In this document: positions 1 through 9,232 of the stretch, one piece after another
Position numbering within the stretch: position 1 is the stretch's first letter
Layout of the letters: each line of letters begins with the position of its first letter
From: an archaeon
Lineage (GTDB): Archaea; Nanobdellota; Nanobdellia; Woesearchaeales; GW2011-AR9
DNA: 64,000 nucleotides
Assembly: GCA_002688265.1 (NCBI GenBank)
Contig: NZCK01000007.1
Coordinates: 33,685-97,684 of the forward strand
Reading direction: 5' to 3'
Translations under genes and position numbers: made by a program
The notes under the pieces: model-generated
What the model was told of the DNA's origin: nothing
Databases searched by the model: none
Seen by the model: only the letters and a program-made list of their open reading frames with translations

Positions 1-624
1 TTAACCTCACAAGGAAAAGAAACAAAAAAAGTTCCAAAACATAAACTTAGCGATAAACATTACCAAAAAATTGCAATAGTTTCTATTTTTAGTATTGCAC
101 TACTTGCAATTATGTTACTTTACGTTAAACAAAGTGTAGGATTTGCAGTCTATTACGATGGGATTACAAATAGTGACTTATCAACACTAGTGGAAGAAAC
201 AATTGAATTATCAGTTGAACAAAATAGTTTCTATTCGTTAATTGAATATGCTGACCTTTGCGTGCAAGTGAACGATGCCGATGCTAGTGCTTCATTTAGA
301 GTGTTAAAAACTCCGTATGGACATACAGTTGAAGGATTAGATGAAAACTGTGATGCTACTTCAGAGAATTACGACTTTGCAGTTTCTTTTAGCACTTGGA
401 ATGATTTTTACACCTTAAGTAACACTATGACTTGTTCAGGTTTAGAAGCAGCTCACTCAGTTCAGCAGAATAGTGTGGCTGCTCGAGGAATGTATGTGTT
501 ACCTTCATATTATGTTGAATCCGGATTTAACAAAGTTGATGGTCGATCGTATACTGACTTTTGTGATGCATTATCTTTGTGTTTAAGTTCTAGTGATTTG
601 GCATTGTTGGATTTGGGATGTTGA
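1..624 (+). CDS. Membrane-anchored hypothetical protein, 5'-truncated by the window edge
   Basis: Frame 1 is open from base 1 (LTSQGKETKK...IAIVSIFSIALLAIMLLYV...VGFAVYY). One TM segment followed by an acidic, Cys-containing extracellular-like domain. Confidence 0.7.
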   Translation, partial: LTSQGKETKKVPKHKLSDKHYQKIAIVSIFSIALLAIMLLYVKQSVGFAVYYDGITNSDLSTLVEETIELSVEQNSFYSLIEYADLCVQVNDADASASFRVLKTPYGHTVEGLDENCDATSENYDFAVSFSTWNDFYTLSNTMTCSGLEAAHSVQQNSVAARGMYVLPSYYVESGFNKVDGRSYTDFCDALSLCLSSSDLALLDLGC

Positions 625-659
625 GAAAAAAAAAACTAATTATTAAAATATAAAAAAAA

Positions 660-1016
660 TCAACAAAACATTACTCGAAGGTCATAGTCAAACCTTGCTA
701 AGAATTCTTCAGCTGCAACAGAGTTTACATCTTTGATTTGATAATAAATATCCTTACTAAAACAATGAGCACACAAACCCATCTCACTGCCACAACTAAT
801 ACAATGAGTATCGCCAGCAAAATTACTGGTTACAATTCTATCCGGTAAAGCAGGATCTATCTCTCCTAAAACCTGTTTCATCTGATTACCAAGACACTCA
901 GAACAAACAGGATTACTTATTACTTCAGTGCAATCAATACAACGATGAAAAATTGCATTCTTATTTTGCCTAAGTGTATTATCCCAAGAACCCTTTCCAA
1001 GAACGTGACCAACCAT
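660..1016 (-). CDS. Cys-rich zinc-finger protein
   Basis: Four CxxC pairs (CIDC, CSEC, CISC, CAHC). GAGGTG RBS lies upstream of the ATG at 1016, so the start is shorter than in the ORF track. Confidence 0.75.
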   Translation of the reverse strand: MVGHVLGKGSWDNTLRQNKNAIFHRCIDCTEVISNPVCSECLGNQMKQVLGEIDPALPDRIVTSNFAGDTHCISCGSEMGLCAHCFSKDIYYQIKDVNSVAAEEFLARFDYDLRVMFC

Positions 1017-1149
1017 ATTATAGCACCTCGCTTTTAGTATATTAGAAAAGAGAAATAGAAGAGATATATATAGTTTGTGAAAATACCATATAGGACAATA
1101 TATATTCATAATAAATTAGGAAAAATTATCTTTTGGTATCTTAATTTAA

Positions 1150-1293
1150 TTAAAGAAATAAGAGGGAGCCCATAGGACTCCCAACATCCATCCACCTCTT
1201 GTGATATGATATAAGAGGAAAGGTTAAGAGCAGATGTTCCTGCGAGAGGGGGGTGAGGGTGGTAGAATGCAGGAACATCCAATCTCAATCCGT
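1150..1293 (-). ncRNA. Candidate structured small RNA (three hairpins)
   Basis: Perfect 11-bp stem 1233-1243/1269-1279 with a C-rich loop, stem 1195-1200/1213-1218, and a terminal GC hairpin 1164-1182 followed by a U-rich tract on the minus strand. TTTATATA-like box at about 1318-1325 on the minus strand. Confidence 0.45.
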
Positions 1294-1489
1294 TAATAAC
1301 AAGCAAAGTGCCTTATGTATATAAATGTTACTATTTTGTATACTGGTGTGTATTCGTGGCACAATTGTACCTTAATTTGCTCAAATCTGCCCAAAAAAGC
1401 AAGAGGTTACGCGCTTTACAGATATTATCATCCTAATATTATAGCCCAGTTTCAGCAATAATTATAAAGCACAAAACATTCATCTTCTC

Positions 1490-2053
1490 TTGATGGTTGA
1501 ACAAATTAAAGAGGCACAAGTTGTACAAAAACACCTCAGTACGATTCTTTCAGCACAATTATTCTTCTCAATTTTGTTTGGAGGTTTGGGATTTTGGATG
1601 TTCAGTAAACTTGGAAAACAATTTGCAGGCATCATCACAGTGATATTCTCGTTAGAAAATTTTAGCTCTCACTCAATGGCTTCAGTAATTATGGCAAGTG
1701 TGGCTTTTATTGCAATTAATTTTTTAGTTGTTTACACAGTAGGAGCTCACTATGGAATGAAAAAAAGTTTTTCAACTAGTATTATTGGAATGCTAGCAAC
1801 ATCAGCTTTGGCTGTAATGTTAATCTCAGTTACTGATTCAAGTTTACTAATTCCAATTTTATTACTCTCATTATTAATTGCAGTCTTTGGATTTCATAGT
1901 TCTAATCAAGTTCATGCCAGCTTGCAGATAAGTAAAACAATTTCTAAATCAAGAAAAGTTTATAGAAAGAAAATTAAGAAAAAAACTGTTCCTAAAGTAA
2001 GAATCAAATCAAAATCTAACACAAAACAAAAAAGAAGAAAAAAGAGAAAGTAG
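1490..2053 (+). CDS. Multi-pass membrane protein with Lys/Arg-rich C-terminal tail
   Basis: About 4 hydrophobic segments; tail KKIKKK...KQKRRKKRK. Confidence 0.75.
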   Translation: MMVEQIKEAQVVQKHLSTILSAQLFFSILFGGLGFWMFSKLGKQFAGIITVIFSLENFSSHSMASVIMASVAFIAINFLVVYTVGAHYGMKKSFSTSIIGMLATSALAVMLISVTDSSLLIPILLLSLLIAVFGFHSSNQVHASLQISKTISKSRKVYRKKIKKKTVPKVRIKSKSNTKQKRRKKRK

Positions 2054-2061
2054 GTCTTTTT

Positions 2062-3321
2062 ATGAAAGAAGCAGTACGTCAAAGTTTGATTAAAGATGTA
2101 GATCGTGCAATTAATATTCTAAACGAAGACTCTTCTAAAGAAAGAAAAGATCTTCAGAGTTTAAGTGAACATGTAATTGGAGATGTTGCCTTATATCGTA
2201 ATGTTGATGCTGTAACACTGGCTATATTAATCTATTCCATCTACAAAACTCTTCCTTGTATCTCTGAAAAACAACAAGAGGAATTAGTTACTAGACTAAC
2301 AAAACTAAGAATACATCTACAGAAAAAACAGTTTACTAAGTATAATGACTCTATGAAAAGATTGTTTGAAATGCTGCGATTATGTAATTCACAGATTAAA
2401 ACACATATTCAAGATGTGTTCTACGCTGCTAAAATCAAAAAAGGAACAAACCTACTGGAACAAGGATTGTCACTGGCACGGGCAGCAGATTTAATGGGAG
2501 TTAGTCGATGGGATGTCCTACAATATGGGGGATCAAGCGTAACACAAACAGAACACAGTGAAAGTTGGCCGGCAGCAAAAAGGTTGGCACTAGCCCGCAA
2601 AGTATTTTCGGCTAACAGTCTCCACAAAGTATTGTTGGTTGATGCTGGACCAATAATAACTCTTGCTTTATCGCAATTACTTTGGGTTTTAAAACCACTC
2701 AAAGAAAAAACAGGTATGACTTTTTACATTACTCCTGCTGTTTATTCAGAGTTAGTTGAAAAACCACAAACAATTAAAAGATTTCAATTTGAAGCATTGC
2801 ATGTACAGAAGTTGATCAGGGAAGGCGTTTTAACAATGTATGAAAAAAGAATTAGTAAACAAGTAACTTCTAGTTTAACACGACTTGCTAACAATTCTTT
2901 TATGATTAAAGAAGGCCCTTTGGAAATATTACAAGCAGGTGAGCTGGAGACTTTGGCTCTATCCATTGAAACTAAAGCAGCGATGTTAATGGATGAGAGA
3001 ACTTTGCGTTTGTTAATTGAAAGACCAGAAGGAATGAAAAGATTACTTGAAGATCGGAAACGTAAGAAAGTTAAGAAGAACCCCAAGAAGTTAAAAGAGT
3101 TTCAACAACTAGCTGGTCGTCCAGGGATTATTCGCTCAATTGAAGTGATTGCAGTTGCTTTTGAGTTGGGTTTGCTTGATCCTTATTTGCCAACAGAAGG
3201 TGATCTTTCTTCTCGAAGGGAAACCTTGTTAAAAGCAATTTTATGGAATGCTAAGTATCATGGGGCTTCTGTAATTGATCATGAAATTGATGAATTGATA
3301 AGAGGAGTTTTGGGGAAGTGA
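2062..3321 (+). CDS. UPF0175-like HTH plus PIN (DUF3368/COG2405-like) fusion protein
   Basis: GLSLARAADLMGVSRWDVL resembles the UPF0175 HTH. PIN acidic motifs: LLVDAGPII, LQAGELETLAL, MLMDER. Confidence 0.65.
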   Translation: MKEAVRQSLIKDVDRAINILNEDSSKERKDLQSLSEHVIGDVALYRNVDAVTLAILIYSIYKTLPCISEKQQEELVTRLTKLRIHLQKKQFTKYNDSMKRLFEMLRLCNSQIKTHIQDVFYAAKIKKGTNLLEQGLSLARAADLMGVSRWDVLQYGGSSVTQTEHSESWPAAKRLALARKVFSANSLHKVLLVDAGPIITLALSQLLWVLKPLKEKTGMTFYITPAVYSELVEKPQTIKRFQFEALHVQKLIREGVLTMYEKRISKQVTSSLTRLANNSFMIKEGPLEILQAGELETLALSIETKAAMLMDERTLRLLIERPEGMKRLLEDRKRKKVKKNPKKLKEFQQLAGRPGIIRSIEVIAVAFELGLLDPYLPTEGDLSSRRETLLKAILWNAKYHGASVIDHEIDELIRGVLGK

Positions 3322-3338
3322 AAGTTATTATTCTCACA

Positions 3339-3489
3339 GTAGATAAGGGCGAACGCGCGGCCCTACGCTAAAGCTTTAAATGTTTGACAAAGCTTGCGAT
3401 TTCGACCTGAGCGAAGCGAAGCTGAGAAGTGGAACCCAAGCCCGGCCGCGTTCCGAGCGTTTGTTGTACAAACGCGAAGCCTTATCTAC
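3339..3489. repeat. Long-hairpin palindromic element, family A copy 1
   Basis: Terminal IR GTAGATAAGG/CCTTATCTAC. The GC-rich core matches the reverse complement of 53273-53429. Confidence 0.8.
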
Positions 3490-3547
3490 ACCAATTTTCT
3501 TCTATTACAAGAGTAACTTATTTAAATTATTAAATTCTTGATACCGT

Positions 3548-3757
3548 ATGGACAAAAAATGTCTCATTTGTAATGCTCCAGCTGAGTACATGATTAAAGA
3601 CTCCACAGATTTCTACTGCAAAGGATGCGCTCTTGATTATTTTGCAGACCTAGATATGCTTTGCAAAGTTGAAGTTGAAGCGCAAAAGTTAAAAGAATTC
3701 TTGAATGATAAAGTTACACTTGATTCCGATGGACAGGTTGTGATGAAAGAAGAATAA
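3548..3757 (+). CDS. Small zinc-finger protein
   Basis: CLIC...CKGC; TATA-like TTTAAA about 25 bp upstream. Confidence 0.75.
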   Translation: MDKKCLICNAPAEYMIKDSTDFYCKGCALDYFADLDMLCKVEVEAQKLKEFLNDKVTLDSDGQVVMKEE

Positions 3758-3764
3758 TTTTGTA

Positions 3765-4532
3765 TCAATTTCTAATTGGTCTTTCTTCTAACATTTCTAA
3801 AAAGGAAGTTAAGGCTCCTGGTTTAGTTTGTTTTGAGAATGGAAGTTCTCTTACTGAGATATATTTATTTTTGTAGTTACCATCAATTCTACAACTGATA
3901 CTATCAACCCTAATTGAAAAAACTGATTGGCCACCTACAAAATACCTCCCTGAATTACTACCTAATTCAAAAGATAAATGACCTTGATCTTCTCCTTCTT
4001 CGTGAGTCCAAGATCGCCAGTGCCTTGAGTCATAAGAAGGGTCTCTGTTATGTGCTGGAATAATTGGGCTTGGAGAAAACAATATTCCTGCTGTGCTCTT
4101 AATCCGATGATAAGGCTGAGTTGGTCCAGAAATATCTGGAACAAGAAATCTAGCAGCAAGTTTTTGACGTTCACCGATAGGAAACTCAATTGCAGTTAAA
4201 AAAAGATCCACTTGTTGAATACCAATCATTCCTAAAAAATTAAAATATGGAGTTGCATCACTTCCACAAATTTCAGTAACAGATGCCGAAAGTTCTGCTT
4301 CTTTTGCTAATAATTGTTCATCAGTGACTCTTTGGTATGACCCCCAATCCAAATAACTTATCCCATAGCTCCCACTTAGTTCAGTAGTGAAAATCTTAGG
4401 ATTCTCATTAATTACTTCTGCACCTTCACCACCAGTCTCTGGAAGTTTTAATCCTTTAAGTTCAGTTAGAAATGAAGGATACCAATCTAGAAAATTAAGA
4501 ATCTTAGCTTCAATTCCTTTAACATTTTGCAT
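3765..4532 (-). CDS. Hypothetical protein
   Basis: 255-aa ORF with an upstream TATA box; no motif recognised. Confidence 0.65.
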   Translation of the reverse strand: MQNVKGIEAKILNFLDWYPSFLTELKGLKLPETGGEGAEVINENPKIFTTELSGSYGISYLDWGSYQRVTDEQLLAKEAELSASVTEICGSDATPYFNFLGMIGIQQVDLFLTAIEFPIGERQKLAARFLVPDISGPTQPYHRIKSTAGILFSPSPIIPAHNRDPSYDSRHWRSWTHEEGEDQGHLSFELGSNSGRYFVGGQSVFSIRVDSISCRIDGNYKNKYISVRELPFSKQTKPGALTSFLEMLEERPIRN

Positions 4533-4619
4533 GATTGCATATTTTAGCCTATTTTTTATAAATAATTCCTGTCTGTTTCATCACAACACATATAAAGCTA
4601 AATTTCTTTAGAAAGGAAG

Positions 4620-5246
4620 ATGTATCAATACCAAAAAAGTAAACCTATCAAACTAGGCCCTATAAAAACAAGTTCCATCGAACTTAAAGACATCCTCAAA
4701 GGATGGACTGCACTATCATTTGCATTTGCTTTATTGTACTCTGGAACCTATATGCTAGGAGGACAATCATTTAGTAACATTTTATCTCCTGGATTTGGGA
4801 TAATATTTTTAATTTCATTATTCACTGCAGGTCTTGGTTTTGTTCTACACGAACTAGCCCACAAATTTGTAGCTCAACATTACGGTTGCATTGCAGAATT
4901 TAGAGCCTTTGATAAAATGTTATATTTAGCAGTAGGCCTTGCAGCATTTGTTGGTTGGATCTTTGCAGCACCTGGAGCAGTTATGATCTCAGGAACTGTA
5001 ACACGAAAAGAAAATGGAATCATAAGTATTGCAGGACCTGCTACTAACTTTGTTTTGGCAGGCGTTTTTTGGTTTATAGCACAAACAATGCCTATCTTCA
5101 CAATAGGTTTTTTCGTGAACGCTTGGCTGGGACTATTTAATCTAATTCCATTCGGAAATTTGGATGGAAAGAAAGTCTTGATGTGGAGCAAAGCTTGGTG
5201 GACAGGATCTGTTGTAGTTGGTGTAGGATTGTTGTTTTTTCTGTAA
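4620..5246 (+). CDS. Site-2 protease (M50) membrane metalloprotease
   Basis: HELAH, AGP and NLIPFGNLDG motifs; multiple TM segments. Confidence 0.9.
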   Translation: MYQYQKSKPIKLGPIKTSSIELKDILKGWTALSFAFALLYSGTYMLGGQSFSNILSPGFGIIFLISLFTAGLGFVLHELAHKFVAQHYGCIAEFRAFDKMLYLAVGLAAFVGWIFAAPGAVMISGTVTRKENGIISIAGPATNFVLAGVFWFIAQTMPIFTIGFFVNAWLGLFNLIPFGNLDGKKVLMWSKAWWTGSVVVGVGLLFFL

Positions 5247-5335
5247 TTTTTTCCTACATTAGATTTAGCTATAACAATTTCAACCAGTAAACTACATCAA
5301 CAAATTTATAAATATTAATTACTTCTTAGAAAATT

Positions 5336-5536
5336 GTGGCACTTACAAAAACAGATAAAGAATTATTACATATTCTTGTACAAAAAGAAATCAATGAAAT
5401 GAAAGCAGATGCAAAAAAGCTTATGATTGTCAACGCAGAATACATCACAACTTCTAAAGATAATAGTGATTTAGAATTCTTAAAAGCTGAAGAGAAATAT
5501 GAAGAAATTCTCCAAAAATTACTGAAAAAGTTGTAG
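5336..5536 (+). CDS. Small helical hypothetical protein
   Basis: 66 aa, coiled-coil-like composition; TTTATAAA box upstream. Confidence 0.6.
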   Translation: MALTKTDKELLHILVQKEINEMKADAKKLMIVNAEYITTSKDNSDLEFLKAEEKYEEILQKLLKKL

Positions 5537-5847
5537 AAATAAACAAAGAGAAAACTATAAAGAAGATTGTTAATTTTCATCATTTCTAAAAAGCAAATCA
5601 TTGCATTAATTAATTATTGAAATTTCTAAAAAAGAAGTAAAAGATTATGCCAAATCAACAACAGGAAAACTTCGCCAAACGAGTGAAATAAAGACAAATT
5701 CTTCCTGTTTTACAGAAATGTTTATATACTTTAGAATTATTCGTTACTGGCACAAGGCAAATTTTATGCATTGTATAAAGAGGTAATTTGAATTTTTTAG
5801 AGGTGAAAAGTTCTTTATATTATTTCTTTGAAAACGAGGTGGTTGGA

Positions 5848-5973
5848 GTGAAACAATACGTTTTTCAAGAAGTTAAAAAGTTCAAAATACAAAGGTGCTG
5901 CAAAAGTTGCGGAACCAGAATGGTTGTTGAGAACGCAAACAGATATTATTGCAGAGGATGTCGGGGCTATTAG
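5848..5973 (+). CDS. Small zinc-ribbon protein (41 aa)
   Basis: GAGGTGG RBS at 5836 before GTG at 5848; CKSC...CRGC; T-tract downstream. Confidence 0.55.
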   Translation: MKQYVFQEVKKFKIQRCCKSCGTRMVVENANRYYCRGCRGY

Positions 5974-6313
5974 CCCGATTCTTTTTTTCTTTTCATATTT
6001 ATTTTCAAAACTAACTAATCACAACTTAGATTCTATGATCAATAATAATTCACAATAGTGTTCACCAGACAGTGCAAAGGAACTTTAATATAGCAGTTTA
6101 TTTCTGAAAATGATACTCTTTTTTGGAGAAATATTAGCTTAATAAAACTGTTTTTGAAAACTCAACCTGAACAGATTATATTTTGCATTACAAGAAGATA
6201 TTTAAACTAATGAAACCCAAAATAGTAATTATAATTTACAATCAAATTGATTTAAAAAATAACAAAGATAAGTAAAAAATTGTTCACATTTTTTTACAAG
6301 AGGTGGTGTTAAA

Positions 6314-8899
6314 ATGATTACAAAAGTACAAAAAGCAGATGGAACAGTAGTAGATTTCGATAAAGATTTTACAATTTCTTCATTATCACATATCTTACAA
6401 GAAAAAGCATCAATGGCAGAATCTGAGGCTGTAGAGATTGCAACAAACATAGTCAAAGTGATTGATAACCGAGAGATCGAAACACCATCAACAACAGATT
6501 TTGAACAATTAGTTAACTTAGTTGTGACAACCACTAAACTGGCTAGCAAAGGACAAGAAGTTGCTAACGAAGAAACAATAACAGAATTAGAATCAAACAC
6601 AGAAGAAGTCCAAACACAAACAGTTTCTGAAACTGAAGAAAAAAATGAAGAAGTGGTTGAAGAAATCCTTACTCAAGAAACTGCAACAGAACTACAAACA
6701 GATTTGAAACATTTACAAGAACATAATATAGATGTTAACGAACAAGCAACAAGAATCCTTAGCGAATCTACTGTTTTCGATGAACTTGGAAGATCCATTT
6801 TCTTAGACCGATACTCACTAAAATGTAAAAGAGACGATATTGAACAAGGAGACTTAGTAATTGCAATTACAAAAGAAGATCCAAAATATCCTAAAAAAGA
6901 TTTAGGGATTGTTAAGTCAATTGAAGGGGATAAATTTGCTTTACATATGATAACCGGAATGTATGCAGACACTGAAAACAATTACGAATTTACAACTTCC
7001 ATTTGGAAATGCGATAAACCAATAGAATCAATTAAGCAAGCACACAAAAGAATCGCACATGCAGCATCCACTATGGAAAAAACTCCAGAACTACAAGAAA
7101 AATGGGAGGCTGCATTCTTTGAAGAATTAAGTAAAAAACATATTCAACCAGCAGGAAGAATTATGACTGGAGCAAATGTTGGAGAAGGATACACACAAAA
7201 CTTGACTCTTTACAACTGTTATGTAATTCCTAGCCCACAAGATAGTAGAGAAGGAATTATTCAAGAAACACTCCACCAAATGACAGAAATTATGAGTAGA
7301 GGAGGAGGTGTTGGAATTAACCTATCAACTTTGCGTCCACGATACTCATATGTACAAGGAGTACATGGAAAATCTAGTGGAGCAGTTTCATGGGGAGGAC
7401 TTTACAGTTACACAACTGCCTTAATTGAACAAGGCGGTAGTCGTCGTGGAGCGCTAATGCTAATGCTTCAAGATTGGCACCCAGATGTAATTGAATTTAT
7501 CTCAGCTAAACGGAAAAAAGGAATGATTGAAAATGCAAACATTTCAGTTTTGTTTTCTGATAAATTCATGGAAGCTTTATCTAAAGGAGAAGATTGGAAT
7601 TTGGAATTTCCAGACTACGAAGCTGCTGGAATAAAACCTATTTACAAAGATGAATGGACTGGAGATATTGATCTTTGGAAATCAAAAGGTTACCCTACCA
7701 AAATTTACAATACAATCCCTGCAAGTGAAATCTGGGATCAAGTTATTAGTTCTGCTCACGCTAGCGCCGAACCAGGATTAGTTTTCATGGAACGTTACAA
7801 TAAAATGAGTAATTCATATTACTTCAATCCAATAATTTGCACCAACCCGTGCGGCGAACAAGGTTTACCTGCTTGGGGGGTTTGTAACTTAGGTCATCTT
7901 TATTTAGCCTCATTTGCAAGAAAAGTTGGAGAAGATGAAATTGGACCACTTTATGAAATTAATTGGTCAGATTTAAAAAAAGCTACTGCAACCCTTTCAC
8001 GATTCTTGGATAATGTAATTGATCTTACTCCATACCACTTCCAAGAAAACGAAGATAATCAAAAAGGAGAAAGACGAATTGGACTTGGGACTTTAGGTCT
8101 AGGAGAATTATTAATTAAATTACGTCTACGTTACGGTTCACCAGAATCGTTGGAATTAATAGATGAAATTTACAAGCAAATTTCTTTAGCTGTTTACAAA
8201 AGCAGTATTGAACTATCTAAAGAAAAAGGCATGTTTCCAAAATGTGACCCTGAAAAAATTGTAAAAAGTGGATTCATTCAAACACTGCCTGAAGAATTGC
8301 AAGCAGAAATTGTAGAACACGGTTTGCGTAACGTGACATTGACAACACAAGCTCCAACTGGAACTGTAGGAACAATGCTTGGAACTTCAACTGGAATTGA
8401 ACCATACTATGCCTTCGAATTTTTTAGGCAATCACGATTGGGATTTCATAAAGTGAATATTCCTCTTGCTGAAGGATACAAAGATAGTGAAGGTAATTTG
8501 CCAGATTTTTTTGTAACTGCAATGCAGATGACCCCATTAGATCATATTAGGGTGCAAGCAGCTGTACAACGTTGGACAGATTCTTCAATATCTAAAACCG
8601 CAAATGCACCTGAAGACTTCACTGTAGAGCAAACAAAACAATTGTATGAAGAAGCGTATCGCCTAGGTTGTAAAGGAGTTACAATCTATCGGGACAATTG
8701 CAGATATGAACAAGTTCTAACTACTGATGCTGAAACTGAAGAAAAAAATGCTAACAATGGAGATTGGGAAGCCAGTAATAAAGTTGAAGCGAAAGCAGAA
8801 TTGGCTGCGGTCTCTGAAACTGAAGAAACAATTGAAGGTGGCAAATGCGAATTAAAGTTTGATGAGAACGGCCAGATGTTTAAAAGCTGTAGTGATTAG
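6314..8899 (+). CDS. nrdJ: Class II (adenosylcobalamin-dependent) ribonucleotide reductase
   Basis: PAGRI, NCYV, GGGVG, TNPCGEQ.L, CNLG, APTGT, KGVTIYRD motifs; ATP-cone-like N-terminus; C-terminal Cys pair. Confidence 0.95.
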   Translation: MITKVQKADGTVVDFDKDFTISSLSHILQEKASMAESEAVEIATNIVKVIDNREIETPSTTDFEQLVNLVVTTTKLASKGQEVANEETITELESNTEEVQTQTVSETEEKNEEVVEEILTQETATELQTDLKHLQEHNIDVNEQATRILSESTVFDELGRSIFLDRYSLKCKRDDIEQGDLVIAITKEDPKYPKKDLGIVKSIEGDKFALHMITGMYADTENNYEFTTSIWKCDKPIESIKQAHKRIAHAASTMEKTPELQEKWEAAFFEELSKKHIQPAGRIMTGANVGEGYTQNLTLYNCYVIPSPQDSREGIIQETLHQMTEIMSRGGGVGINLSTLRPRYSYVQGVHGKSSGAVSWGGLYSYTTALIEQGGSRRGALMLMLQDWHPDVIEFISAKRKKGMIENANISVLFSDKFMEALSKGEDWNLEFPDYEAAGIKPIYKDEWTGDIDLWKSKGYPTKIYNTIPASEIWDQVISSAHASAEPGLVFMERYNKMSNSYYFNPIICTNPCGEQGLPAWGVCNLGHLYLASFARKVGEDEIGPLYEINWSDLKKATATLSRFLDNVIDLTPYHFQENEDNQKGERRIGLGTLGLGELLIKLRLRYGSPESLELIDEIYKQISLAVYKSSIELSKEKGMFPKCDPEKIVKSGFIQTLPEELQAEIVEHGLRNVTLTTQAPTGTVGTMLGTSTGIEPYYAFEFFRQSRLGFHKVNIPLAEGYKDSEGNLPDFFVTAMQMTPLDHIRVQAAVQRWTDSSISKTANAPEDFTVEQTKQLYEEAYRLGCKGVTIYRDNCRYEQVLTTDAETEEKNANNGDWEASNKVEAKAELAAVSETEETIEGGKCELKFDENGQMFKSCSD

Positions 8900-8990
8900 G
8901 GATTTTTTGGTTTTACTTTTTTTATTTCATTGTTAAGATTCTATAAATTGATTCTAAAAAACCGTACGTATTAAATTCCATTTAAAATAC

Positions 8991-9160
8991 TTCAAGAGTA
9001 TGGCGGCACGGCCTGTGGCTTAAACAAACACAATCTCGAGCAAAGCTCTCCAAGCTGACTTTGCTAAAGCAAAGTAAGTTTTCCTGAAAATCCTACAGAA
9101 TTTTCTTTAAAGGTAAAATGTTTCTGTTTAAGGGCCTCGATGGGCGGCCATACTCTTGAA
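8991..9160. repeat. Long-hairpin palindromic element, family C (single copy)
   Basis: Perfect 14-bp terminal IR TTCAAGAGTATGGC/GCCATACTCTTGAA; inner stem CTTAAACA/TGTTTAAG; internal hairpins. Confidence 0.7.
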
Positions 9161-9232
9161 AATGTAGTTAACTTAATACATACAAAAAACCAACATATTT
9201 TTATATTTCATTGATTTATAGATATTTTTGAT

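Noticed and set aside
1405-1414. GGTTACGCGC also present at about 40820
   Set aside because: Only 10 bp with no flanking similarity; compatible with chance.
3432-3446. CCCAAGCCCGG in family A resembles the twister ribozyme P4/L4 sequence
   Set aside because: Copy 2 has CTTAGGCCCGG, the 5' CCGG partner is missing, and the other twister motifs are not found.
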